Shown: piece after piece, positions 7,079 to 16,366 of the stretch | Numbering within the stretch: the stretch's first letter is position 1 | Layout: every line of letters starts with the position of its first letter | Origin: an uncultured Clostridia bacterium | Lineage (GTDB): Bacteria; Bacillota; Clostridia; Christensenellales; CAMQZB01 | Assembly (NCBI GenBank): GCA_964406735.1 | Contig: CAYOSU010000004.1 | Location: 1,782 to 65,781 of the forward strand | Reading direction: 5' to 3' | Length of the DNA stretch: 64,000 nucleotides | The notes under the pieces: generated by a model | The model's input: the letters and a program-made list of their open reading frames with translations, nothing else | The model's database searches: none | Told to the model about the DNA's origin: nothing | Position numbers and translations under genes: made by a program

Positions 7079-9487
7079 ATGTACGACTACGAAAAGCACA
7101 ACCTTGAACGTATCAGGAGCGGACTTTCGGAATGTACCGTTCTTTTGAAAAGGGACGGCAGGTTTCCGCTCGACAAGCCTTGCAAAATAGCCGCATACGG
7201 CGGCGGTGTCCGCCGCACGATAAAGGGCGGCACGGGATCTGGCGAAGTTAACTCCCGCTTCTTCGTCTCGGTAGAGCAAGGGCTCAAAGATGCAGGCTTC
7301 ACACTCACAACGACAAAATGGCTCGACGATTACGATGTCATTATGGAAAAGGCGCACGACGAGTTTATCAAAGGAATCAAACGCCGCGCAAAGGAGCTCC
7401 ATATACCTGCGGCGCTTATAGGTATGGGCGCAGTTATGCCCGAACCAAACTACGACTTGCCGCTCGATGCTGACGGCGATGCTGCCGTATACGTATTGAG
7501 CCGTACTTCGGGTGAGGGTAACGACAGAACGGCGACTGACGGCGATTTTTGCCTTTCCAAGACCGAGATCCGCGATATTTTAGCGTTAAATAAGAAGTTT
7601 GATAAGTTCATGCTCGTCTTAAACGTCGGCGGACCTGTGGACTTAACGCCCGTAGAAGAGGTCGGCAATATTTTGTTGCTTTCACAGCTTGGCGTAGAGA
7701 CGGGAAAAACGCTTGCGGACATATTGCTTGACAACGCATATCCGTCAGGTAAGCTTGCGACGACTTGGTCTCGCCCCGAGGACTATCCCGATGTAGGTAC
7801 GTTCGCTCAGCCCGACGACACTCGCTACAACGAGGGAATTTACATCGGCTACCGCTGGTTCGACGCAAACGGCAAGAGGGCTATGTATCCGTTCGGCTTT
7901 GGACTTGGATATACCGATTTTGTTATAGAGAACGGCAGTGCTTCGGTAGATAAGACAACGGTAACGGTCTCGGCAAATGTAAAAAACATCGGCAACTACA
8001 GCGGCAAACAGACAGTTCAGTTATATGTTTCTTGCCCGCAAGGAAGACTTGATAAACCCTGCAAACAGCTTGCGGCTTTCGTAAAGACAAATGAGCTTAA
8101 AGCCGGTGAGAGCGAAAGGGTATCTTGCTCGTTCAATATGGAAGAAGTTGCGTCTTACGACACGGCTAATGCACGCTATGTTTTGGAAGCAGGCGATTAC
8201 GTCGTATATTGCGGCGATTCGAGCGTAAACGTTACGCCGACGGTCGTACTTCGCCTTGACAGAGATGTTACGACGAAACAGCTTAAAAACAAGCTCGGGG
8301 CTCCCGATTTTGAAGACTGGAAGCCCGAAATAAAGCGTGAAGCTATCGACTGCGCCGTAATAGAGATTAACGCAGACGATTTCGGAACGGAGACGGTATC
8401 TTACGACAATGAATACGAAATAGCCAACGAAGTTAAAGGCTTGACTAACGAAGAGCTTTGCTTTATGAATATCGGAAGCTTCGATCCAAAGGGCGGAGCG
8501 GCGAGCGTTATCGGTTCGGCAAGCAAGAACGTTGCAGGTGCAGCAGGAGAGTCATGCGGTCTTTTCAAGGATAAAGGTATCCCTGCAATGGTAATGGCGG
8601 ACGGCCCTGCAGGCGTTCGTATCACCCCTAAATATTATGAAGACAAAAACGGCGTACACGGTATCGGTGCGGCAATGCCTGCAACCATCCTCGACTTTAT
8701 GCCGGGCATCGTCCGCTGGATGATGAGCAGACAGCCTCGTATCCCTAAGGGTGCGACGGTAAAAGAGCAGTACGCGACGGCTATTCCTATCGGCACTGCG
8801 ATAGCACAGAGCTGGAACGTGGACTTCGCAAAGACTTGCGGAGACGTAGTTGGCGACGAACTCGATCGCTTCGGTGTTAATCTGTGGCTTGCTCCTGCAC
8901 TCAATATCCACCGTACTCCCTTCTGCGGAAGAAACTTTGAGTACTATTCCGAAGACCCGCTTATTTCAGGCGAGATGTCTGCGGCAATAACGAACGGCGT
9001 ACAGGCGCATAAAGGCTGCGGTGTTACGATCAAGCACTATGCGGCAAACAATCAGGAGACCAATAGGTATTTCTCCAACAGCATCGTATCCGAAAGAGCA
9101 ATGAGGGAGATATATCTCAAAGGCTTCGAGATATGCGTAAAGAAATCCGATCCTAAGGCGATAATGACATCATATAACCTCATAAACGGCACGCACGCAT
9201 CAGAAAGCCGCGACCTTTGTGAGGACGTATTGAGGAGCGAATTCGGCTTTACGGGCGTATGTATGACCGACTGGGTGGCAGAAGGCTTGTCATCGGGTGC
9301 GAAGTCAAAATACGCAGGTCCCGATCCGGCACTCGTTGCGGCGGCAGGCGGCGACCTCTATATGCCGGGCGGCAAGAACGACTACAAAAAAATGACCGAA
9401 GGCTTGACAGCGGGCAGAGTCTCGCAAGAACAACTCCGCATCAATGCCACAAGAGTATTCAATATGGCAAAACAATTAACTGAATAA
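7079..9487 (+). CDS. GH3 beta-glucosidase/xylosidase-type enzyme with permuted domain order
   Basis: The N-terminal part carries GH3 C-domain blocks (GGTGSGEV, SGEGNDR, YPSGKL, YPFGFGLGYT) and an Fn3-like segment. The C-terminal part carries GH3 N-domain blocks (DGPAGVR, KHYAANNQE, GFTGVCMTDW with the nucleophile Asp). Confidence 0.9.
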   Translation: MYDYEKHNLERIRSGLSECTVLLKRDGRFPLDKPCKIAAYGGGVRRTIKGGTGSGEVNSRFFVSVEQGLKDAGFTLTTTKWLDDYDVIMEKAHDEFIKGIKRRAKELHIPAALIGMGAVMPEPNYDLPLDADGDAAVYVLSRTSGEGNDRTATDGDFCLSKTEIRDILALNKKFDKFMLVLNVGGPVDLTPVEEVGNILLLSQLGVETGKTLADILLDNAYPSGKLATTWSRPEDYPDVGTFAQPDDTRYNEGIYIGYRWFDANGKRAMYPFGFGLGYTDFVIENGSASVDKTTVTVSANVKNIGNYSGKQTVQLYVSCPQGRLDKPCKQLAAFVKTNELKAGESERVSCSFNMEEVASYDTANARYVLEAGDYVVYCGDSSVNVTPTVVLRLDRDVTTKQLKNKLGAPDFEDWKPEIKREAIDCAVIEINADDFGTETVSYDNEYEIANEVKGLTNEELCFMNIGSFDPKGGAASVIGSASKNVAGAAGESCGLFKDKGIPAMVMADGPAGVRITPKYYEDKNGVHGIGAAMPATILDFMPGIVRWMMSRQPRIPKGATVKEQYATAIPIGTAIAQSWNVDFAKTCGDVVGDELDRFGVNLWLAPALNIHRTPFCGRNFEYYSEDPLISGEMSAAITNGVQAHKGCGVTIKHYAANNQETNRYFSNSIVSERAMREIYLKGFEICVKKSDPKAIMTSYNLINGTHASESRDLCEDVLRSEFGFTGVCMTDWVAEGLSSGAKSKYAGPDPALVAAAGGDLYMPGGKNDYKKMTEGLTAGRVSQEQLRINATRVFNMAKQLTE

Positions 9488-9500
9488 GAACAAAAAAACG

Positions 9501-9529
9501 TCGGGTGCTCATCAAAAAGGAGCACCCGA
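9501..9529. terminator. Bidirectional rho-independent terminator between convergent genes
   Basis: TCGGGTGCTC / GAGCACCCGA stem, with an A-run upstream and a T-rich tail downstream. Confidence 0.7.
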
Positions 9530-9541
9530 TCTTAATTTCAG

Positions 9542-10471
9542 CTAATAAGTGTGTTTATCGCTTAATGTCTTTTGCGGGCGTTGATTTTTATTCAAAAAAC
9601 GGTCTGCGTTTTTGAAAAGCAGCTTGTCGATAAAGCTCGGAGCAAAGCCAGAGCGCAAAAGCTCGCTTTCAAAGGCAATAATATCGCTTCTGTCTTTCAA
9701 AAGGTCGCAGTCGGAGTTATCGCCCAAAAGATTGCCGCAAACGTCAAGTCCTAACGCAACGACGCTTTCACCGCCAAGCTCGACGAGGCTTTTAACGTGC
9801 GAAATAAGCCTGAAAACGCTCGCTCTTTTGCCGATAAAGCCCTTGTAACCGTTGATTCCTATAACGCCGCCCTTATCTGCGATAGCGCGTATCTCGCAAG
9901 GCGTCAGGTTGCGCTTTGAATAAAACACTTCTCGTGAGTTTGAGTGTGAGGCAAATATAGGACACTTCATGTCGATAAGCTCTCGTATCCCTTTGTCGTT
10001 GAGGTGGCTGACGTCGATATAATTGCCTGTAGATCTGATAATTTCCGCAACGTAACGGCCCTCGCTTTTCAAACCTCCTTTACCGCTTTCTCCCTTTTCA
10101 CCGACGCCGTAAGCAAAAGCGTTTTCTCTTGCCCAAGTGAGCGATAAAAAGTCTGCTTTATTAAGACACTGTTCCACTTCGCTAGCGCTTTCAAACGAAT
10201 CCAGCCCTTCGAGAGATAAAAGCACACGCCGTTTATTGCGTACCGGTTTGAACCGCTCGTCCCTTAAAAGATTTGCGCTCACGAAATTCAGTGCTCTTTG
10301 CTGAAATCGCGGTATAGCCTTGAATTTCGTCGGGAGATATATCGCTCCGACCACTCTGTCGAAGGTCTCGTTCACCCAATCGAGCCGTTTTTCGCCGTTG
10401 CCCAAGCCGAAAAACCTGTCGCAAAAAAGCTCGACGGGGAAATCGTCGTGCATATTCACAATTTTGGTCAT
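9542..10471 (-). CDS. Membrane-dipeptidase (peptidase M19) family protein
   Basis: MHDDFP (HxD), LLSLEG, IDVSHLNDKG and IFASHSNSREV match the M19 metal-ligand blocks. Confidence 0.75.
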   Translation of the reverse strand: MTKIVNMHDDFPVELFCDRFFGLGNGEKRLDWVNETFDRVVGAIYLPTKFKAIPRFQQRALNFVSANLLRDERFKPVRNKRRVLLSLEGLDSFESASEVEQCLNKADFLSLTWARENAFAYGVGEKGESGKGGLKSEGRYVAEIIRSTGNYIDVSHLNDKGIRELIDMKCPIFASHSNSREVFYSKRNLTPCEIRAIADKGGVIGINGYKGFIGKRASVFRLISHVKSLVELGGESVVALGLDVCGNLLGDNSDCDLLKDRSDIIAFESELLRSGFAPSFIDKLLFKNADRFLNKNQRPQKTLSDKHTY

Positions 10472-10566
10472 AACGATTGCTTTACGCTCCTCATTTTGAT
10501 ATATTAGAAATAAGAAAATCAGCTTTTATAATAAAAGCGCCATTACGATAAAGGACACTACATAAT

Positions 10567-11676
10567 ATGTCTGCAAAAAACATAACGATACTGATAAAGC
10601 CTGCGTCTTCTGCGTGCAACTTAAAGTGCAGATACTGCTTTTATAATGATGTTTCCTCTCTTCGCGAGGTAAAGTCGTTCGGTCTTATGACGAAGAAGAC
10701 TTCGCATAATCTCATTGATAAGGCACTTGATTTTGCCGACGGCGGAAGCGTAAATTTCGCTTTTCAGGGCGGAGAACCGACGGTATGCCCTCTCGAGTTT
10801 TTCGAGGATTTCGTCGAGTATTGCGATAAAAACAACTCAAAGAAAGCCAAGATAACGTATTCTTTGCAAACCAACGGCACGATGATAACGGATGAAATGG
10901 CTGCGTTTTACGCAAAATACGACTTCCTTATAGGCGTATCGATAGACGGAAAGTCAGACCTACACAACGCAAACCGCTTAACGGGTACGGGCAAAGGCTC
11001 GTTCAATAAGGTAATGCAGGGCATAGATCTACTCAAAAAGCACGGTGTAAAATTCAACGCTCTCATCGTTGCAAATAAGCTGTCGGCAAAGCGTGGCAGA
11101 GAGACCTACCGCTTTTTCAAGTCGCAGGGCATAAATTACATGCAGTTTATCGACTGCTTGGAGCCGTTCGACGTAGAACCTTTTACGTCGGGCTTTGCGA
11201 TGGATAACGACGACTATTTCAATTACTATAAGAGTATCTTCGACGAGTACTTAAACGACGTTTTATCGGGCGAAAACGTCTACGTAAGGTCGTTTGAGAA
11301 CGTTTTAACTCTTATGTCGGGCGGAGCTCCGGAGATATGCGGTATGAAAGGCTACTGCACGGTAAACCTCGTAGTAGAGGGCAACGGTAACTGCTACCCG
11401 TGTGACTTTTACTGCGAGGACGAGTACTTGATGGGCAATATCAACGAGAATAGCTTAGAAGAGCTTGCGATGAGTGAAAACGCCGATAAGTTCGTCAAAC
11501 AGTCCTTCAAGGTAGAAGAAAAATGCAAGTCGTGCGAGGTGGCAAGCCTTTGCATGGGTGGTTGCAGACGTGAAAGAGACGTCCACGGCGAAATAACACT
11601 CAATAGGTACTGCGACGGCAAAAAGAGACTTTTTACCTATATGGTCGACTGCATTCGCGCCGCCAGAGGAAGATGA
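10567..11676 (+). CDS. Radical SAM / SPASM-domain maturase of the anaerobic sulfatase-maturating enzyme type
   Basis: CNLKCRYCFY (CxxxCxxC), GGEPT, and a C-terminal Cys-rich SPASM region (CPCDFYC...CKSCEVASLCMGGC). Confidence 0.8.
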   Translation: MSAKNITILIKPASSACNLKCRYCFYNDVSSLREVKSFGLMTKKTSHNLIDKALDFADGGSVNFAFQGGEPTVCPLEFFEDFVEYCDKNNSKKAKITYSLQTNGTMITDEMAAFYAKYDFLIGVSIDGKSDLHNANRLTGTGKGSFNKVMQGIDLLKKHGVKFNALIVANKLSAKRGRETYRFFKSQGINYMQFIDCLEPFDVEPFTSGFAMDNDDYFNYYKSIFDEYLNDVLSGENVYVRSFENVLTLMSGGAPEICGMKGYCTVNLVVEGNGNCYPCDFYCEDEYLMGNINENSLEELAMSENADKFVKQSFKVEEKCKSCEVASLCMGGCRRERDVHGEITLNRYCDGKKRLFTYMVDCIRAARGR

Positions 11677-11709
11677 ACGCATAAAAAATTAAAATATAAT
11701 TAGATCGAT

Positions 11710-11743
11710 CTCCCGATACGGAATCTCTGTATCGGGAGTTTTT
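11710..11743 (+). terminator. Rho-independent terminator
   Basis: CTCCCGATAC / GTATCGGGAG followed by TTTTT. Confidence 0.75.
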
Positions 11744-11781
11744 AGTATTAAAAATCGTGTGATAGATGTAATAATTTCCCG

Positions 11782-11835
11782 TATCGGCAAAAATCAGAAT
11801 ATATCAAGCACAATAAGTTGATGTTTTTGCCGATA
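11782..11835. promoter_or_regulatory. 12-bp perfect inverted repeat flanking the putative fic promoter -35
   Basis: TATCGGCAAAAA (11782-11793) and TTTTTGCCGATA (11824-11835), with a 30-nt spacer that contains TTGATG. A TATACT -10 follows. Confidence 0.3.
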
Positions 11836-11893
11836 ATATGCTATACTATAAAAAAGTCGACGTAGTTATTTAATTTATGACGGAGGATGATAG

Positions 11894-12784
11894 ATGCGAT
11901 ACCTTTCGGTTGCCGAAATAGCAAAAAAATGGGATATTTCTGAACGAAGCGTAAGAAATTACTGTGCAAATGGGCGCGTGAACGGTGCGTTCCTTACGGG
12001 GAAAACTTGGAATATTCCCGAAAACGCAGAAAAACCCGAGCGAACTAACAAGAGGCACGAGAGCTTAGATAGGCTGTCAGACGTTCTGAGAATTCAGAAA
12101 GAAAGCAAATATTTCGGCGGCATTTACCACAAAACGCAGATAGAGCTTACGTATAACTCAAATCATATCGAAGGCAGCCGTTTAACGCACGATCAGACCA
12201 GATATATTTTTGAGACCAATACGGTCGGTGTTGAAAACGAAGTTCTCAACGTAGACGACGTAATTGAGACGGCAAATCATTTTCGTTGTATCGATATAAC
12301 AATCGAGAACGCTAAAACGGCACTGACTGAGAAATTCGTAAAGGAGCTTCATCTGACCTTAAAGAACGGTACGAGCGATTCACGAAAAAATTGGTTTGCC
12401 GTTGGTGCTTATAAAAAACTTCCGAACGAGGTCGGTGGAGTAAAGACTACTCTTCCTAAAGAAGTAGATTCACAAATGAAAGCGTTGATATCTCAATACA
12501 ACGAAAAAAAAGAAAAAACGCTTGAAGATATTTTAGACTTCCACGTGAAATTTGAACGTATACACCCCTTTCAGGACGGCAACGGCAGAGTTGGCAGGCT
12601 AATAATGTTCAAGGAATGTCTGAAACACGATATCGTACCGTTCATTATATACGATGACTTAAAGCTATTCTACTATCGCGGCTTGAAAGAGTGGGATAAT
12701 GAAAAAGGCTATTTGCTCGATACCTGCTTGACTGCGCAGGATAAATATAAAGCGTATCTTGACTATTTCAGGATAATTTATTAA
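11894..12784 (+). CDS. Fic-family protein (AMPylase type) with N-terminal HTH
   Basis: HPFQDGNGRVGR Fic motif; SNHIEG matches the inhibitory-helix motif (S/T)xxxE(G/N). N-terminus LSVAEIAKKWDISERSVRNYC is a MerR-like HTH. Confidence 0.9.
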   Translation: MRYLSVAEIAKKWDISERSVRNYCANGRVNGAFLTGKTWNIPENAEKPERTNKRHESLDRLSDVLRIQKESKYFGGIYHKTQIELTYNSNHIEGSRLTHDQTRYIFETNTVGVENEVLNVDDVIETANHFRCIDITIENAKTALTEKFVKELHLTLKNGTSDSRKNWFAVGAYKKLPNEVGGVKTTLPKEVDSQMKALISQYNEKKEKTLEDILDFHVKFERIHPFQDGNGRVGRLIMFKECLKHDIVPFIIYDDLKLFYYRGLKEWDNEKGYLLDTCLTAQDKYKAYLDYFRIIY

Positions 12785-12816
12785 GACACTTCATACTTCA
12801 AAGGAAGATAAAGCCA

Positions 12817-13272
12817 ATGAAAAAAGTACTTTTTGTGTGCCACGGGAATATATGCAGATCCCCGATGGCGGAATTTATGTTTAAAGCGCTCGTAAAAGAA
12901 AAAGGCGTTGAGGACGAGTTTGAGATAGCATCTGCCGCAACGAGCCGTGAGGAGATAGGAAACCCCGTTTATCCTCCTGCAAGGAGAGAGCTTGCAAGGC
13001 ACGGTATAGATCCGACGGGCAAGACTGCAAGACAGATGACGAGGGAAGATCTTGCGTATTTCGACGAAATAGTCTGCATGGACGGCAACAATCTCAGGAA
13101 TATTGAGCGTATGTTCGGCGAAGACGGAAAACGCAAGGTAAAAAAGCTGATGAGCTTTGCAGGAATTGACGCAGACGTCGCAGATCCTTGGTATACGGGC
13201 GATTTCGAGAGGACGTATCGGGACGTTTTGCTTGGCATAGAGGGACTATATAGCTACTTTTCAAAGCTGTGA
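12817..13272 (+). CDS. Low-molecular-weight protein tyrosine phosphatase
   Basis: VCHGNICRSPMAE P-loop (CX5R) and a DPWY... Asp loop. Confidence 0.9.
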   Translation: MKKVLFVCHGNICRSPMAEFMFKALVKEKGVEDEFEIASAATSREEIGNPVYPPARRELARHGIDPTGKTARQMTREDLAYFDEIVCMDGNNLRNIERMFGEDGKRKVKKLMSFAGIDADVADPWYTGDFERTYRDVLLGIEGLYSYFSKL

Positions 13273-13370
13273 GTAACTAATAGCGCAACTATCCTTGCAA
13301 AATAATTAAAATTGTGATAGACTTATTACGAAATAGATGCTAAAAAGATCTATCGATCTTGGAGGGTATT

Positions 13371-13718
13371 ATGGAAAAAAGAGATTCCAAAGGCAGAACG
13401 ACATATAACAACAATATTCTCACGAATATCGTAACGTTTGCCGTATCGGAAGTCGACGGTGTTGCGCCGAGCGTCAGAGAAGAGAACGCTCAGGTCCGCC
13501 CGGAGGACTATTTGCAGAAGATAAAGCTCGATTTCGACGGAGATAAGGTCTACGTCGACCTTTCGATCTATATTTACGAAGGCCACAACGTTCCCGACGT
13601 TGCGTTCAAGGTACAGGAGGCTGCGAAAGACGGCATAGAAAATATGACGTCATTTACGGCGAGCTCCGTTGACGTAAGAGTTTTGGGCGTAGTATTGAAG
13701 ACGGACAAAGCAAGATGA
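13371..13718 (+). CDS. Asp23/Gls24-family (alkaline shock) protein
   Basis: ATG 13371 after GGAGGG. ILTNIVTFAVSEVDGV and the later beta-rich pattern are typical of Asp23. Confidence 0.8.
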   Translation: MEKRDSKGRTTYNNNILTNIVTFAVSEVDGVAPSVREENAQVRPEDYLQKIKLDFDGDKVYVDLSIYIYEGHNVPDVAFKVQEAAKDGIENMTSFTASSVDVRVLGVVLKTDKAR

Positions 13719-14119
13719 GGAAAGACGCAAGAGAAACAGCTTTCAGGCTGATATACGGCTATCTTTTCGACGAGTCGAAGACCGATAGCTTAGAGGAGAG
13801 ATTGACGTCCTTTGACGACGTAACGCTCGACGAAGAGGACAAAGTTTACGTCAAGGACGTATTCGAGGGCGTAGAAGAAAATCAGGCAACGCTCAAGGAG
13901 CTGGTCGAGAAGAATGCGATCGGCTATAAGCTCGACAGAGTCTACATGGTAGATCTGGCGATCCTTTTGGTTGCCCTTTATGAGATAAAATACCGTGATG
14001 ATATTCCCGAAAAGGTCTCGTGCAACGAAGCGGTCGAGCTTGCGAAAAAGTACAGCACCGAGAAGAGCCCGAGCTTTATCAACGGAATTTTGGCAAGCGT
14101 ATTAAAGGAAAGCAAATGA
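13715..14119 (+). CDS. nusB: Transcription antitermination factor NusB
   Basis: ARE.AF..IY start, AILLVALYEI, VSCNEAVELAKKYS and FINGIL. ATGA overlap with the asp23-like gene. Confidence 0.85.
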   Translation: MRKDARETAFRLIYGYLFDESKTDSLEERLTSFDDVTLDEEDKVYVKDVFEGVEENQATLKELVEKNAIGYKLDRVYMVDLAILLVALYEIKYRDDIPEKVSCNEAVELAKKYSTEKSPSFINGILASVLKESK

Positions 14120-14952
14120 TAATAGACGGAAAGCAGATCGCAGATAATATCAAAGATAACGTAAGGAAGGAAGTCGCCGCGCTGAACGAGCAGGGCGTGT
14201 TTCCTTCCCTTTCTGTAATTGTAGTAGGCAACGACCCCGCGAGCGAGGTATATGTCAGGAACAAGGCCCGTGCGTGCGAAAAGGCAGGGATAGTATCCAA
14301 CACCTACAAGCTTCCCGAGGATTCTACGACGGACGACGTTGTGGAGCTTGTGGAGGCGTTGAACGATGATGACAAGGTGCACGGAATTTTAGTGCAGCTT
14401 CCCCTTCCGAAAGGTATCGACGAAGAAAGAGTCATCGCCGCAGTATCTCCCGAAAAGGATGTAGACGGATTTTCCGTGGCTTCGTCTGGTAGCCTGTATT
14501 TAGGCAAAAAAGCGGGATTTACGCCTTGCACGGCGGCAGGCGTGATAGACCTTATCAAGTCGACCGGCGTTGATATATCGGGCAAGAATGCCGTTGTAAT
14601 AGGCCGCTCCGACATAGTCGGCAAGCCCGTTGCCATGCTTTTGATGAGAGAGAATGCGACCGTAACCGTATGCCATTCGAGGACGAAGGATATAGCCGAG
14701 CACACAAGACGTGCAGATATTATAGTCGCTGCCGTCGGAAGAAAGCATTTCGTGACCGACGATATGGTAAAAGACGGCGCAATAGTCATCGACGTAGGCA
14801 TAAACCGCGTTGACGGCAAGCTTTACGGCGACGTAGACTACGAGAACGTCTCGAAGAAAGCGTCCTATATAACCCCCGTTCCGGGAGGCGTAGGACCGAT
14901 GACGATAGCAAAGCTTCTTGAAAACACGGTAAAGGCGGCCAAGGAGAGATAA
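14116..14952 (+). CDS. folD: Bifunctional methylenetetrahydrofolate dehydrogenase/cyclohydrolase
   Basis: MIIDGKQIA start (ATGA overlap with nusB), VVGNDPASEVYVRNK, GILVQLPLP, PCTAAGV, VIGRSDIVGKP, PVPGGVGPMT. Confidence 0.9.
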   Translation: MIIDGKQIADNIKDNVRKEVAALNEQGVFPSLSVIVVGNDPASEVYVRNKARACEKAGIVSNTYKLPEDSTTDDVVELVEALNDDDKVHGILVQLPLPKGIDEERVIAAVSPEKDVDGFSVASSGSLYLGKKAGFTPCTAAGVIDLIKSTGVDISGKNAVVIGRSDIVGKPVAMLLMRENATVTVCHSRTKDIAEHTRRADIIVAAVGRKHFVTDDMVKDGAIVIDVGINRVDGKLYGDVDYENVSKKASYITPVPGGVGPMTIAKLLENTVKAAKER

Positions 14953-16154
14953 TGGAGGAAAAGGTATTTTCCGTTGTAGAACTCAACACGATAATCAAGC
15001 GCATCTTTGATGCCGAGGAATTTCTTCACGGCATATTGATGACGGGCGAGGTCAGCAACTTCAAGATCTCCGGGAATCATGCGTATTTCAACCTGAAAGA
15101 CAGTGACGCACAGATCTTCTGCACGTTTTTCAACATAAAATATGCAGATAATACCGTCGTACCCAAAAACGGCGACAAGGTTATAGTCAGAGGCACTCCC
15201 GATTTTTACGTCAAAGGCGGCTCGCTGTCGTTCAAGGTAACGAAGATACAACCTGAGGGCAAGGGTGCGCTGTACCTGAAGTTTCTAGAGCTCAAAGAGA
15301 AGCTCGAAAAAGAGGGACTTTTTGACGAAAAGAAGAAAAAACCGATACCAAAAAGCCCGAAGAGAGTCGGCGTCGTAACGAGCAGAACGGGTGCGGTAAT
15401 AAGGGATATAATAAACGTTACAAGACGTCGTAATCCCTTCACCGACATAGTTTTATACCCCGTCAAGGTTCAGGGCGAGGGGGCGGAATACGACGTAGCC
15501 AAGGGCGTAAAAGCGCTCGACGAGTCTGGGCTTGTAGAGTGTATAATAGTCGGACGAGGCGGCGGCTCGATGGAAGACCTCATGGCGTTCAATACCGAGG
15601 TCGTCGCAAGAGCGGTCTACGAGTGTAAAACGCCGATAATCTCGGCGGTAGGGCACGAAACAGACTTTTCGCTTTGCGACTTTGCATCGGACTTGCGTGC
15701 GCCGACGCCGTCTGCGGCGGCTGAGCTTTCGACGGTGGATCTCATGAAAGAGGCGAGGGATTTTGCCGAGCTTTCAAGGGATTTGGAACGTAAATTCATG
15801 CGTCAACAAACCTTGCGCAAAACAACGCTCGATCATAGCGTAGACAAGCTCAAAATACTCGGACAAAGTGCGATAACAAAGGGCGAGAATAAGGTAAAGA
15901 GCGATCTTAACAAGACGCTCAACCTACTTAGAATAAGGTTTATGGAAAAGCAAAACGCCTTGAAGATGAGTATTGGAACGATAGATAATCTTAATCCCTT
16001 AAAGATGCTCGACAAAGGCTTTGCAAAGGTATCCGTCGGCGGAAAAGCCGTCAAGACGGTCAAAGACATAAAAACGGACGACGTAATGACGACTTACCTT
16101 CTCGGCGGAGAGGTGAAGTCGAGAGTAACGGAGATTTTGGAGGATAAAAAATGA
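14952..16154 (+). CDS. xseA: Exodeoxyribonuclease VII large subunit
   Basis: SVVELN..IK, GEVSNF..SGHAYF.LKD, VGVVTS..GA, IIVGRGGGS.EDL.AFN. Confidence 0.9.
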   Translation: MEEKVFSVVELNTIIKRIFDAEEFLHGILMTGEVSNFKISGNHAYFNLKDSDAQIFCTFFNIKYADNTVVPKNGDKVIVRGTPDFYVKGGSLSFKVTKIQPEGKGALYLKFLELKEKLEKEGLFDEKKKKPIPKSPKRVGVVTSRTGAVIRDIINVTRRRNPFTDIVLYPVKVQGEGAEYDVAKGVKALDESGLVECIIVGRGGGSMEDLMAFNTEVVARAVYECKTPIISAVGHETDFSLCDFASDLRAPTPSAAAELSTVDLMKEARDFAELSRDLERKFMRQQTLRKTTLDHSVDKLKILGQSAITKGENKVKSDLNKTLNLLRIRFMEKQNALKMSIGTIDNLNPLKMLDKGFAKVSVGGKAVKTVKDIKTDDVMTTYLLGGEVKSRVTEILEDKK

Positions 16155-16366
16155 CGTTTGAAGAGGGTACGAAAAGGCTCGAAGAGATAATCAAGGAGCT
16201 TGACGACGAAAAAGTAAGCCTTGAAAGGTCGATAGCGCTGTTTGAAGAGGGCGTAAAGGTCTCAAAAGAGTGCATGGAGATATTAAACGGCGCAAAGGGC
16301 AAGATAACGGTAATAAAAGAGGAGTTCGACAAGCTAATCGAGACTCCGCTCGACGAAAATGTTTAA
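16151..16366 (+). CDS. xseB: Exodeoxyribonuclease VII small subunit
   Basis: 71 aa; FEEG.KRLEEII..L......LE.S..LFEEG; overlaps xseA. Confidence 0.85.
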   Translation: MTFEEGTKRLEEIIKELDDEKVSLERSIALFEEGVKVSKECMEILNGAKGKITVIKEEFDKLIETPLDENV

